Positions 13,203 through 26,140 of a stretch of 64,000 bases of DNA are shown one piece after another. The position numbers were made by a program, and so were the translations under genes. The first letter of the stretch is position 1, and each line of letters opens with the position of its first letter. Source of the stretch: Octopus vulgaris (Eukaryota); NCBI GenBank assembly GCA_951406725.2, contig OX597832.1, positions 7,626,001 to 7,690,000 on the forward strand, written 5' to 3'. The notes under the pieces were generated by a model. That model saw only the letters and a program-made list of their open reading frames with translations. It did not search any database and was not told the DNA's origin.

Positions 13203-13718
13203 ATATAAGAGATAAAAACATATACCAATGATTAAGCAACGTACAAAATAATAAATGAAAAGTATATAATTGGTAAAATGACTACACGTGTTTCGTGGTT
13301 ATATTTAAAAAACTGATACAGTAAAATCAATTCAATTTGAATATATCCACTCTTAATGTCCAAGATAAAAACAATAAAATAATTAAATAAATATACGTAT
13401 GTAATATTATTTTCTTATATAAGTTAAAATTTATTTTCATAGATATAATAGATATAATATATATTTATACCTATTTATTCTAGTTTTATTTACACCAGAA
13501 TATATTTGTTAAAATATTTCGTATTTTACAAGATTATATACGTACAAGATTATATAAGTTTATTTAATCATTTTATTTTTTTATCTTGGACCTGAAGAGT
13601 GGCTATATTTAAATTTAAATATAGCCATGAAACACGTGTAGTCATTTTACTAATTATATACTTTTTATTTATTATTTTGTACATTGCTTAATCATTGGTA
13701 TATGTTTTTATCTTATAT
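13203..13718. repeat. Fold-back inverted repeat (arms about 13203-13392 and 13558-13718), each arm carrying a hammerhead copy
   Basis: The arms are reverse complements (e.g. ataccaatgattaagcaa / ttgcttaatcattggtat; gactacacgtgtttc / gaaacacgtgtagtc). Confidence 0.9.
13589..13643 (+). ncRNA. Minimal type I hammerhead ribozyme, intact core
   Basis: GAC-CUGAAGA-GUGGCUAUAUUUAAAUUUAAAUAUAGCCAU-GAAA-C-ACGU-G-UA-GUC. Helix I is GAC/GUC, helix II is a 13-bp palindrome, and predicted cleavage is after A13640. Confidence 0.8.
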
Positions 13719-13872
13719 TTAATATTTTTCTATACGGTATAATTTAATTATTTCATTGTTGAATTGATAATAGGTGTTTTTTTCTAATTTACATACATAT
13801 ATAATATAATTTGTGAAATTTGATTTAGTATTTCTAAATTGAATTTCCCTGTAAGTTTTGAATAATATTTCC

Positions 13873-13927
<55 letters not shown>

Positions 13928-13941
13928 GTTATTGTTATTAC

Positions 13942-14008
<67 letters not shown>
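13873..14008. repeat. (TAT)n microsatellite
   Basis: Directly visible. Confidence 0.98.
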
Positions 14009-14014
<6 letters not shown>

Positions 14015-14035
14015 TAGAGAGAGAGAGAAAGAGAG

Positions 14036-14276
14036 AGAGTAGTTGTATTCTGTCAACTTAATATGACAGTCCCATAAAGGGAATCACGCCACTGCTAATT
14101 AGTCTCTGGATGCAGGCTTAGCTGGGTTGAGGTGCTTGTCTCCCTCTTGTAAACATAAGGACACAGGAAATGTGTTAAGGCCGACAGGAAGCTTGGATAC
14201 TTCCTAGGGCTAAATAGCCGTTGTGTGATTCCCTTCATGGGACTGTAACATTAAGTTGACAGTATACAACTACTCT
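14036..14276. repeat. Fold-back/MITE-like element with ~75-bp inverted arms
   Basis: agagtagttgtattctgtcaacttaat...gggaatcac versus gtgattcccttcatgggactgt...gttgacagtatacaactactct. Confidence 0.85.
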
Positions 14277-14300
14277 ACTGTACCACTACTGATTATATCT

Positions 14301-14369
<69 letters not shown>

Positions 14370-15362
14370 TTTCAGTTGAATAACAATTTAGTCTGAAATG
14401 GCTCATCATCTTTAGTACGAGGGTTTAGAAAGGGTCGTATCATCCGAGGCAAAATGCATCTAATCAGAAATTCTATGTCTATCCACAATTCTACACACAA
14501 AGAAGAAGTAGTTAAAATAAAATAAAATCTCGTCAAAGAAAAATTCCCCTCGAAACCAAAACAAAAGCGACAAACCAAAAATATTTACATTTTCTTTGTT
14601 TAGAATCGAAATAATAAAATATCAATTCCCTAGACTTGGATAGTTCTGGCAGAGTTCGAAAAAAACTTGTGTAATTTGTTCCGATTCCTTATGTTATTAT
14701 TTCCACGGTGTCGAAACGAGCGAAAAAATTGTATCGATATGTGCCTCTACTTAGACAATATCGTAGCGTGAAGAGGGAGGCTGGCTGCAGGTGCTACTAT
14801 TAGACTTCTATGAACAACTCTTCCGTATGATTGTGCAGTGGGAAATTATCTCAGCAATGATACATGGTCAATTCTGCCCGACAGCCTCCTTAGAATTGGG
14901 GGAATATTAGGGCATATTAATTTATACATAATCAATAATTCTCAGAATCAATATATGAATATTTTACTGTATACATATATTGACTAGCTTATTGTTCATG
15001 TAATTTCATTTTACGCGCGCACACGCGCACAGAAACACATTCACATGCACAAGCATGTATATATCTATATCTATTTATCTATATATCTATCTATCTATAT
15101 ATGCATGTATACATAATTTTTGTTCGAGTTTTATTTAAGTTCTTAAGAGAGTTGAAGTCGGTCGCTAACAAAGCGACAAGACATTTTGAGTTAAGAGAAT
15201 TCATGGTGTGTGTAAGTAAGTGGGGGAGTTGGTGTGTTAGTCCAACTGTTGATGCATATATCCAAGTGTGTACACCGATTTACATAAGAATCTCTGATGT
15301 ATATATGTATGTGTGTGTATGAGTAAGTATGCGTGTCGGTGATATATGTATATGTGAATATG

Positions 15363-15423
<61 letters not shown>

Positions 15424-15426
<3 letters not shown>

Positions 15427-16225
15427 GGTGCGGTAAATAAATTGTCGTCTAAATTAAGCAAAAATGAAAGTAACACTAACATTTCATTTTAATAGATATA
15501 TTTACCAAAATTACATAAAAATATCTTGAAATAACAAAGAGTAAATTAACACTATCAAAATCACTATTGGCTTCAATCATGGACTGCAGGCGACTTCGGA
15601 ATCTCCTGCAACTCGTCTGGACGGTATCGTTGGTGAATGCTGCCATAATCCTTGCCTTTAGTTCATCTGTGGTGTTACGGGGAGTTTAGTTGGTCTGTTA
15701 CTTAACTGCGCCCCACACATAATAATCAAAGGGTTGCAGTCTGGGGAGTTAGGTGGCCAGATGTTTGGGGCGATGTGGTTGCAGAAATTGTCCGAAATTG
15801 TCTTCCAGGAGCCACCTTCTTCACCCAGGGCAGCACTACCCCCTCCAGGCACTTGATGCAGGCCATCGTGTTGAATGTGAGGGTGTATGGGATGGTGAAT
15901 GGAGGCATAACGTGGCCATCACTAGTGATCACTCCAAACACCATGCTGTACCACTCTTGATACATGTTTTGGGGACACGGCAAGTCAAGGGTTGTTTTGT
16001 GCGTTCGTCCCCTTCAGTTCGTATTGGGGATTCCAGTGCAAATGTGATGCAGTACAGCATGTTGTTTCCAAATTTCTGGCCGAGTGAATTCAGTCATGAT
16101 GGTGTTTTTCTCGCGACAGGTGCCTAACGGAACCCTACTATACTTTGTAGTCAACAAAATCAAAAACAGACAATGCACATGCGCAAAATTAAAAATATAA
16201 AATGACAACAATTTACCCATCGCAG

Positions 16226-16228
<3 letters not shown>
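15424..16228 (-). mobile_element. Tc1/mariner DD37D (maT)-type transposon, internally deleted
   Basis: MVFGVITSDGHVMPPF and NIWPPNSPDCNP motifs, imperfect TIRs (cagggtgcg..taaattgtcgtc), flanked by TA repeats. Same family as 54297-55575. Confidence 0.9.
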
Positions 16229-16263
<35 letters not shown>

Positions 16264-16949
16264 CTCTCTCTCTCTCTCTCTCTCTTTCTCTGTATATATA
16301 TAGCCACATACACGCACCTACTCAAGCACACGCGCATACACACAATAAAATGAACACAACCTGACACACATCTCCACGGTCATACACACGCACATACACA
16401 TACACGCACGTACATACGCACACAATACACGCGCACACACACATACAAACGCACACGTACACGCACACACAACTACAAACACATACGACACGCACACACA
16501 CACACACAAATGAGCCCAAACATACATCCCATACACACGGCACACAATTTTTCATACATGTGTACACACATACGCACGTACAAGCACCCACGCACGCATA
16601 CACTAAGTAAAGCACGGTTATTCGCCACACACCCAAACTCTACGCATACAGACACGAACACACACATACATACACACACGCACACACTACAAACAAAACA
16701 CACACATGATACATAATAATACACGCATACACACACATACTTCAAACTAGCAGTACCTACTACTGACCTGAGGTAGAGACAAAAGGAGCCACTCCCAATT
16801 CCTTCTTCCTCGACCTTAAACACTACTAGCCCTACAACACGCAAAGATTAACAGCCACAACCACACACACATACACACACACACGCACACGTGTTATCTT
16901 TACACACATACACACATACACACACACGCACACGCAGACCATCGCGCAC

Positions 16950-17244
16950 GCACATATCCACATTCCTCCTCCTCTACCACTCTCCTGTCTTTGAAAGAAC
17001 CACTCAGCTGTCTTTGAAAGAACTTTTCTTCACCCATTTCCTTCCGGTCATTCAAAATGTGACCGCGTGTGTACCGTTGGCGATTTTTTCCCCTCTGTCT
17101 TCCCTTCTCCTATGTTTCCGACGAAGAGCTCCGCTCGAAACGTTAAATCCTCCTTCTTTCCTTCCTTCCTGAGCGTCCAATGATACTATATTTGTTCCAC
17201 GTCCTCGCGTTGTTGTGTTTTTTGTGCTTTCTTGTTTAGATTAA
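16950..17244 (+). mobile_element. PLE pseudo-LTR-like repeat with decayed minimal hammerhead (17115-17147)
   Basis: UUU-C(C)GACGA-A-GAGC-UCC-GCUC-GAAACGUU-AAA. The downstream cctgagcgtc..ttgtt tail recurs at 32055-32165, 35940-36210 and 48730-48850. Confidence 0.65.
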
Positions 17245-17656
17245 CTCTTTGCTCTTTTTACTCTTTTACTTGTTTCAGTCATTTGACTGCAGATATGCTG
17301 GAGCACCGCTTTTTTTTTAATCGAGCAACTCGACCCTGGGACTTATTCTTTTGTAAGCCCAGTACTTATTCTATCGGTCTCTTTTGTCGAACCGCTAAGT
17401 AACGGGGACATAAACACACCAGCATCGGTTGTCAAGCAATGCTAGGGGGACAAACACAGACACACAAACACACACACGCATACACATATATACGACGGGC
17501 TTCTTTCAGTTTCCGTCTACCAAATCCACTCACAAGGCTTTGGTCGGCCCGAGGCTATAGTAGAAGGCACTTGCCCAAGGTGCCACGCAGTGGGACTGAA
17601 CCCGGAACCATGTGGTTGGTAAACAAGCTACTTACCACACAGCCAATCCCGCGCCT
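17245..17656 (-). mobile_element. SINE family C (tRNA-like head, CORE-like segment, internal microsatellite, CR1-like tail)
   Basis: Reverse complement of taggcgcaggagtggctgtgtggtaag...ggttcagtccc...accttgggcaagtg...(TA/TG)n...ggcggtgctccagcatggcc..tgactgaaacaagtaaaagag. Confidence 0.9.
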
Positions 17657-18080
17657 ATATATATATATATATATATAATCTATATCTATATCTATCTATA
17701 TACATACATACATACACACATGTACATGTACATATGTATGTGTGTGTGTGTGTGTAGGAGGAATTATGATGATAAACAAATTTATATCATGTGTTCATTA
17801 CGCACGTTTCACCGATGTCGTTGTTTGGAAATTCTGCTTTGGATGTTCCAAGTGCAATTAGGTGCTTAATCACAATGGATCCTGTTGGAAACAAACTGTT
17901 TAAACTTGCTCTGTATATATTTGCTCTGTATATTATTACAAGTAAAGTTATTAAGTCTAGTAGTAACCAAACCACTATTTTAGAAACAAACAAGATGATG
18001 ATAATTTACGTAGAGCTCAAACATTAAATTCGTACATCTAACTGTAAACACAATATATACTGTATGTACATATATATACC

Positions 18081-18127
<47 letters not shown>

Positions 18128-18779
18128 GGATAGATACACTCACACACAGACAAAATTTGAAGATACACACTGTTATTACTTTAAACTCGTTACTGCTGAA
18201 TCTATGAGTAGATGCGTTGAATAGTATCACAGGAACATCAGTCCAATTATAATTTTATATTTCGGAAATAACTACCAGACCTTCTAAGTATAATAGTTAG
18301 AGACTACATGGTTCCTTGTATAAAGCTACGGGAAGCCACAGAAGTATAATATTCTGAAATAAATGCTTCATTGATACGATCGTCAGGAGAACATCATAGA
18401 GTTGATGTTTGAAAATAAATTATCCATTATCATATTCATATAAATTCCTTTTAATTTCAGGGCAATGAAATGTTGAAAATATTCTCGGGGAAAAAATTTA
18501 AATTGTAAATCATTTGGTTTGATTCATATTTATAGGACAATGGAATTCGGGCTTCATATTTGTCATTTATTTAGAGAAATTACAAAACTGAACTTTTTTA
18601 GTTGGAAGCAATGTTAAAAATATCTAATTTCAGATGAACTGATGCTACAAATAAATGTAATATTAATACGACTCCATCACTACTATTTAGAGAATTTACG
18701 TCGAGGAGGACTAAGTGTATAAGTTGAATATTAATGTACTATTTACATGGTCTGTTATACGTGTTGTTATGTTTCTGTG

Positions 18780-19163
18780 GAGGCGCAATGGCCCAGTGGT
18801 TAGGGCAGCGGACTCGCGGTCGTAGTATCGCGGTTTCGATTCCCAGACCGGGCGTTGTGAGTGTTTATTGAGCGAAAACACCTAAAAAGCTCCACGATGC
18901 TCCGGCAGGGGATGGTGGTGATCCCTGCTATACTCTTTCACCACAACTTTCTCTCACTCTTACTTCCTGTTTCTGTTGTACCTGTATTTCAAAGGGCCAG
19001 CCTTGTCACTCTCTGTGTCACGCTGAATATCTCCGAGAACTACGTTAAGGGTGCACGTGTCTGTGGAGTGCTCAGCCACTTACACGTTAATTTCACGAGC
19101 AGGCTGTTCCGTTGATTCGGATCAACCGGAACCCTCATCGTCGTAACCGACGGAGTGCTTCCA
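18780..19163 (+). mobile_element. SINE family B, full length with TSD
   Basis: A box tggcccagtgg and B box ggtttcgattccc; TSD ttgttatgtttct(g/a)tg at 18764-18779 and 19164-19179. Confidence 0.92.
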
Positions 19164-19549
19164 TTGTTATGTTTCTATGCGGCTGTTCAACATGCTAGAA
19201 ATAACAGTTGAATCTCTCTCAAAACACGTCCTACCGTCTTGAAAATATGGAAGGATATCTCGTCTTCTATGAATGTATGACAGGTCTGCTTGATCAGAGC
19301 TGATGTGGTTTAAACAATAGCAACAACGTTGACGATTGCTCGATAGTTTATATCTTTTAAATATCAAATCAGAATTGATTAAATTGTCCATAGATTGTAA
19401 TGAAGCTATTCCAAGAACTATCGCTGAAGACTGTGTCATTTGGATTGACTTTTACCGTGTTTCTGGTAATAATGTAATTCTTTAAAGCATTCTTGGTAGT
19501 CACATGTTCCGTTAGGACATCTCTGGGAATAGTGTCTTTCTTAAAAAGG

Positions 19550-19551
<2 letters not shown>

Positions 19552-19635
<84 letters not shown>
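19552..19635. repeat. (CTAT)n microsatellite
   Basis: Directly visible. Confidence 0.98.
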
Positions 19636-19689
19636 CATCCGAAAATATTGATAGAATTTACAACAGTATTATGATACCAGATTCACTTA

Positions 19690-20095
19690 TAACCCACCAA
19701 TTTTGAAGGGAGGGGACGTGTCAAAATCATCGACCTCAATATTTCACTAGCCCTTCATATTTATCACTCCGGAAGGATAACAGGCGATGTTAACCATGAC
19801 AAAATTTGAACTGGAAACCTATTAAGCCGGAAAAAATACCACAACACATGTTTTCGACTGTAACCACTGTGTCAGTTACAAAAGCGGTGAACTGGCAAAA
19901 TTGTCATCGCGTCGGACAGGATGCTTAAGAGTATTTCTTCCGATTTTACGTCCTGAGTTCAAATTCTGCCGACGTCTACTTTTCCTTTTATCGTCCTGGA
20001 GTCTATAAGATAAAAATCATTCAAGCACTGTGGGTTTATATAATTCAATAGTCCCTTCCCTCAAATTTCAAGACTTGTTCATACTGTAGAGAGGA
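19690..20095. mobile_element. Two degenerate SINE A copies in divergent orientation
   Basis: Minus copy about 19690-19870 (tttgaact..aaatacc) and plus copy 19882-20095 (gcggtgaactggcaaaattg..ctgagttcaaattc). Confidence 0.6.
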
Positions 20096-20240
20096 TTTAT
20101 ATAATAACTAGCAGAAATACCTCTCTGCGAGCGGTATTTCTGCTAGTTTATGAGGAGTTAATATTTTTGTATACATTAAATGACAGTTTGACTCAAACCC
20201 TCATTACTTATAGTTTCATATTATTAAATACGTGTAGCTC

Positions 20241-20295
20241 CAACAAAGCTGTCCGACGAACGGGAACGTGAAACTCCGAGTAACAGGTTTTGTTG
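20241..20295 (+). ncRNA. Type I hammerhead motif with long helix I (core U4>C substitution)
   Basis: CAACAAAGCUGU-CCGACGA-ACG-GGAA-CGU-GAAA-CUCCGAG-UA-ACAGGUUUUGUUG. Confidence 0.7.
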
Positions 20296-20653
20296 AATTT
20301 CTGCTGCTTTTAAATAAAGCATATTACTCTCTACCCCTGGTATTTGAGTACTCTTTTTTTCCACCTTGTTTCACATTTATGTGTTTACTCCGGTATATAT
20401 ATATATATATATATATGCATGCATACAAATAAGGAATTAAAGGTAATGCTATATGTTTGTGTGGGTGTACAAAAACAAAAACAAGAAAACAACAATATCA
20501 ACACCAACAACACCAATCAAAATAAATAATGAGAACAACAACGATAACAACAACAAAAGAATCCTCTGTTTACTCAGCCAATATGCAAGAAATAGCATCT
20601 AAATAACTTGCTATTCACGCTTTGCCGTCATGAAAAGAAGAATTACACATTCA

Positions 20654-20816
20654 TAGGCGTAGGAGTGGCTTTGGGATAAGTAGCTTGCTTACCAGCCACA
20701 TGGTTCCGGGTTCAGTCCCACTGCATGGCACCTTGGGCAAGTGTCTTTTACTATAGCCTCGGGCCGACCAAATCCTTGTGACAGGATTTGGTAGATGAAA
20801 CTGAAAGAAGCCCGTC

Positions 20817-20877
<61 letters not shown>

Positions 20878-21094
20878 TGCGCGTATATGCTTGTGTGTAT
20901 GTGTTTGTCCTCCCAATATCGCCTGACAACCGATGCTGGTGTGTTTACGTCCTTGTCACTTAGCGGCTCGGCAAAAGAGACCGATAGAATAAGCACTAGG
21001 CTTACAAAGAATAACTCCTGGAGGTCGATTTGCTCGACTAAAAGGCGGTGCTCCAGCATGGCCACAGTCAAATGACTGAAACAAGTAAAAGAGT
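20654..21094 (+). mobile_element. SINE family C, full length
   Basis: Head taggcgtaggagtggct, internal (TA)n, tail tgactgaaacaagtaaaagag. Confidence 0.92.
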
Positions 21095-21399
21095 ATTGGA
21101 CAGTGTAGGTTTAAATATATAAAAAATAAGTGTTGGTTACTTCTTATGTAAGTTTACTCGATGCGAGTTGATATGGAATTCAATAAGAACAATAATCATA
21201 AAAGGAGAAAGTCGACCACGGCAATATTCGAACTGTGCAAAGGGAAATAGCAAGACATTGTAAATCATTTGACACTGCATCCTATACTGTTTTCTACATT
21301 ACTGTTTTAGATGTTTCAGCTTTTTTTAGAAAGAAATCTAAAGTTTTATCAAAGCTTGTGGCTTAGAAACAAACAAATTCAAACACATGTACGTGCAGA

Positions 21400-21441
21400 T
21401 ACATACACCGACACACACACACACACACACATATGTGCACG

Positions 21442-21483
<42 letters not shown>

Positions 21484-21522
21484 CACATGTGCACGCATAC
21501 ACACATGCACACATACACACAT

Positions 21523-21565
<43 letters not shown>

Positions 21566-21588
21566 CACATGTGCACGCATACACACAT

Positions 21589-21622
<34 letters not shown>

Positions 21623-21715
21623 GTGCACGCATACACACATACACACACACACACACACACACATACACACACACACACATGTGCACGCATACACACATGC
21701 ACACATACACACATG

Positions 21716-21746
<31 letters not shown>

Positions 21747-21880
21747 ACACGCACACACACATGTGCACGCATACACACATGCACACACACACACACACAC
21801 ACACATACACACACACACACACATACATATGTGCACGCATACACACATGCACACATACACACATGCACGCACAAACACAC
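21400..21880. repeat. Higher-order (CA)n minisatellite with repeated atgtgcacgcatacacac units
   Basis: The motif atgtgcacgcatacacac recurs seven times between CA runs. Confidence 0.9.
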
Positions 21881-22697
21881 GCGTGTTAGCGATAGTGCAA
21901 CATACATGAGGCTTTTAAAATGAGCTGAATATAATTTCTTGTTGAGAGGGGAAACTGCAAGTAGTGCATTTGCATAATATGCTCCTTGTTTTTTGAGGTT
22001 TGCTGGAAGCTTGGGAAATTCTGTTTGTCAAAGAACAAGAACGTGTTGTTGAATAAAAATACATGTTGCATTTTTAAGGCTCCTATTCTCAGCGTCGATC
22101 GTGTTAACAGATAACAAACCTATTGAAATAGTTGAGTTTAGTGTAAAGAAGTTGCCTTTTTAAATATTTGCTTCTGAAATTTCATTGACACGAAATTGCA
22201 TTCACATCTTCGTTGACCAGTGTTAAAATGGCGAGGCTTAACAAACAACGTTTACTAGAATTGGCGAATGATCAAATCAAAGAAGCCATTGTAGAATATG
22301 CAGTATTATTTTATTTTCTCTAACAGTAGCATCTGTAATCAAATCAAGTTTTCGAGTCAAACATTTGTCACTGTACCTGGCTCTTGTTGTTCATGCAATT
22401 TGTCACTCTGCATTGGCCATGATGCGCATAACATTCCGGCACATTAATGGTACATGCTCTGATATATTTTATTTCTGTATGAAGATCCAATTTTCTCTCT
22501 TTTCCAATAAATCGGAAGGATTTGAGGTATTTCTTTCAAATAGATTTTCGAGATTTTTACATTTCTGTAGCTTGTGTCACTTCAGATACTAGAAATAAGC
22601 TGAAAGCACAAATGTTACGTAAAATTCATAATTTGGTGTGATTTATTTATGCATTCGTACAGATATACAGATGCACATACACACAGACACACACACA

Positions 22698-22762
<65 letters not shown>

Positions 22763-23399
22763 ACAGACACACACCCACACAGACACACACACACAAAGTT
22801 AGATTCACATAAATGTTTTTCCTTAATGTGAAAAGTTGTTTACTTACGTGATTGCAGATAATTCAATTTGCAGAAAAGGGAGAAAAAATTATGGCGTAAA
22901 ATTACGTCTTGAAGAAAGTCCAGAGAATAGGTACTGGATTGTGTTACGAATTATTACATTTTCAAGCACCAGAAGCAGCAAAGAAGGGCACACATTCCTT
23001 GTAACAGGAAGATAAATTACTTTACGGTCAGCTGGAACTTAAAGCTACATTTTCAATCAAATCTTTATTCGATTGAAAAATGTCTGCATAAGGAAAGCAA
23101 AATATTTACGAGCTGATTGTATTTTGAATGCTATTTTCCCTTTATATTTATAGAATGTGAAGTTGCATGTTTATTATAGATTCAAAAGTTGCAGAGTTGC
23201 TACATTTTTAGTATTACAGGCAGCATATTGATAATGAGTTAAAAACCTCAGCGCTTGTCTGAATTGCTACACCAGAACTGTTTCAATGTGCATCAGTTCA
23301 ATAAGAAGGTGTCTGGAGAAGCTACAATATTTATAGAAATGTTATCTGCTGTTACCTGTTATCCTATCCAAGAGGTATTTCCTCACAGTAGTTCTGTGG

Positions 23400-23829
23400 A
23401 ACCAGAGCTAATCAACAGTATGCCTAATGACACGCTGATAATATGGGACATCGTTGATCCGGCTCTCCTACCAGGAGTGAGGGGATTGGTGGTTCGGGAT
23501 AAATACTACAGGCATGGTAGGGCCATGAATCCAATCCTGTTCGAGATGCGAAATTATCCTCCACGGGCTAGTGCTCGAGCATTGCTGATTTGTGGAGTTA
23601 TACTCTTTTTCTATTACTCTTACTCTTTACTTGTTTCAGTCATTTGACTGCGGCCATGCTGGAGCACCGCCTTTAATCGAGCAACTCGACCCCGGGACTT
23701 ATTCTTTGTAAGCCCAGTACTTCTTCTATCAGTCTCTTTTGCCGAACCGCGAAGTGACGGGAACATAAACACATCAGCATCAGTTGTCAAGCAATGCTAG
23801 GGGGACAAACACAGACACACAAACATACA

Positions 23830-23874
<45 letters not shown>

Positions 23875-24672
23875 GACGGGCTTCTTTCAGTTTCCGCCTA
23901 CCAAATCCACTCACAAGGTGCCACTCAGTGGGACTGAACCCAGAACCATGTGGTTGGTAAACAAGCTACTTACCACACAGCCTCAGTTGCTATTATGTGT
24001 AAGATGGACCCGATTAATCGGCCAACATCATCCCACTACCTTCCTTTTATTGCGATGGTCAAGCAGTTTCCTTCTATCTGGTGGCTCTAGCAAAAGAAGT
24101 TTCCTGTTCAGCCAAGCCTCATCGACTTTTTCAAGATCCACTCGTAAAAGTGAGAGAAGAGAATAAGATGCTGCCCACTCCCAGTAAATTTGTAAAAGGC
24201 GGGTAAATGTGGTGGACCTACTATAAGCATGCAGATCTAGGCTAAAAATATTCGGGCAAGAGAGGATCACTTACTTTGACGCCCCTAATGATAAGAGTGA
24301 CTCGGAATCGGTGGGTCCCATTTTCGCCCCAGCGTGGTGTTTTCTCAATACTAAGGGATTTTGTAGTTATAATTCTCTTGTTAATGCTACTGTTGATTAT
24401 TGTTTACACATGTCTGTAAATCCATACTGCCATTTGTAATTGTTTTGTTTCAAAAGCTTTTGCGGCCGCTGTAGCCAATAAAGCAAGCATTACTGACGGA
24501 ATTGTTGTCTTTTTTTAACCTTTGTATGCTACACATATGCCCCTTCTTTTTCAGTGTATACAGTGTATACTTACTTTGTTACCATTTCGTTATATGTAAC
24601 CGCCCACACTTTATGCTTTACTTGGTAATATCCCCCTCACTCTTCGCCCTTGTGGCAAATAAATGAAATGAC
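23400..24672 (+). mobile_element. Tx1/L1-like LINE 3' fragment interrupted by a SINE C
   Basis: LVVRDKYYRHG..NPI(C).RC Zn-knuckle-like region, then ..VWWT-like and .KVRE. segments, and a 3' end with aaataaa before (TAT)n. Confidence 0.5.
23601..23983 (-). mobile_element. SINE family C, internally deleted
   Basis: Same motifs as other copies; lacks the segment between cacaagg and tgccac. Confidence 0.9.
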
Positions 24673-24757
<85 letters not shown>

Positions 24758-24759
24758 AT

Positions 24760-25302
24760 TGAGTGAGAGAGCAGTGCATGCCATCAAAGCGACACTGGGG
24801 GGAAATATACGAAGCCCAGTATACTCATCATAAATACCCGTCCGATAAGGGTACACCAGGCACAACCATATGTGCGCGACATGGTGATCTATCAAGACAA
24901 ACAGCATATGATCTTGCATTGGGGCCCAGTTAGAATTTTCTTCAGGTGGAGTAGCCCATCCCACTCAAATGGTCCTTGAATAAAGGTTCTTTAAGAATGT
25001 TGAACGAAACACCCATGTTTCCAGAGGTGAATTATTCAAATTCCAAAGAATTCCTCTCAACACATAACTATGATGCTCCTCCACTAGTTCTGCTTGTGAT
25101 CAGAGATGTACCTATCGTCAATCACGGAAGGACATGTTCAACTGGTTAAGTTCAAACAACTGACAAGCAAATCTGTGGTATTGAGCAGAATATTTGCTGT
25201 GGCCCATCTTTTATACCAAAACAAAACAATGTACATGATAACCCTTACAATCAGTTAAAGTCAGAAGCCATGGGAGCCAGTGTCTGGTACTGCATCAGGG
25301 CA
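24760..25302. mobile_element. Unclassified 543-bp element with TG...CA ends embedded in (TAT)n
   Basis: Sharp boundaries against (TAT)n on both sides, TG/CA termini, and TATAAAAG on the minus strand near 25208-25215. Confidence 0.55.
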
Positions 25303-25333
25303 TCTATTATTATTATAATAATTATTATTATTA

Positions 25334-25384
<51 letters not shown>

Positions 25385-25386
<2 letters not shown>

Positions 25387-25540
25387 TTATGTTTGACTTT
25401 TGCTTTGCATTTGTACAAGTTGGCTCACCCAGAGACCTCAAGAGACAACAAGTTAGAAGTTCATGCTGGTGTTATGCCTAGGGTGCCATATATTTGGGTT
25501 TGTACATAGTATTGTTCTAGAGAATGTTTAAGAAACCATA
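25385..25540 (-). mobile_element. 3' end of an R4/Dong-like LINE inserted in (TAA)n
   Basis: The minus strand ends ...gaggtctctgggtgag...aaaagtcaaacataaaataataat running into (TAA)n. Dong elements are known to target TAA repeats. Confidence 0.45.
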
Positions 25541-25604
25541 TATAATAATATAATAATAATTATTATTATGGCATTGTGCCAAAATTCAAAGGAAAAAATT
25601 TCGT

Positions 25605-25812
25605 CGAGGTAGCTGAATTGTTAGGCAGCCTGACAAAATGTTTAGCGCTGTTTCTGCTTTTACGTTCTCAGTTCAAATTCCGTTGAGGTCGATTTTGTCT
25701 TTCATCCTTTTGGGATCGATAGGATAAATACCATTTGAACACCGAGGTCGAGGAAATGGATTATCCCACCCACACAAGAAAATTCAGATCTCGTGCCTAT
25801 AGTAGAAAGAAT
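25605..25812 (+). mobile_element. SINE family A copy
   Basis: ttctcagttcaaattccgttgaggtcga..ttcatcctttt..gtgcctatagtagaaaga. Confidence 0.75.
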
Positions 25813-25883
25813 TATTATTATCTTCATTATCATTGTCGTCGCCGTCGTTTTCGTCGTCGACGTCGTCATCATCATCGTCATCG

Positions 25884-25924
<41 letters not shown>

Positions 25925-25935
25925 GTCATCGTTAC

Positions 25936-25976
<41 letters not shown>

Positions 25977-25983
25977 CCATCAC

Positions 25984-26036
<53 letters not shown>

Positions 26037-26046
26037 CCACCAACAC

Positions 26047-26108
<62 letters not shown>

Positions 26109-26140
26109 ATCATCATTTTTATTATCATTATCATTATTTT
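25812..26140. repeat. (CAT)n/(CGT)n trinucleotide tract
   Basis: Directly visible; explains the poly-H/D/S/M/I ORFs. Confidence 0.98.

Noticed and set aside
18780-18855. tRNA gene
   Set aside because: A and B boxes are present, but it is the head of a TSD-flanked multi-copy SINE.
21311-21923. Long HT/CV-rich ORFs, and the many YI/IY ORFs elsewhere
   Set aside because: Translations of dinucleotide microsatellites, not genes.
22847-22998. Minus-strand exon ending at gtaagt
   Set aside because: All three frames contain stops; cannot be supported without transcript data.
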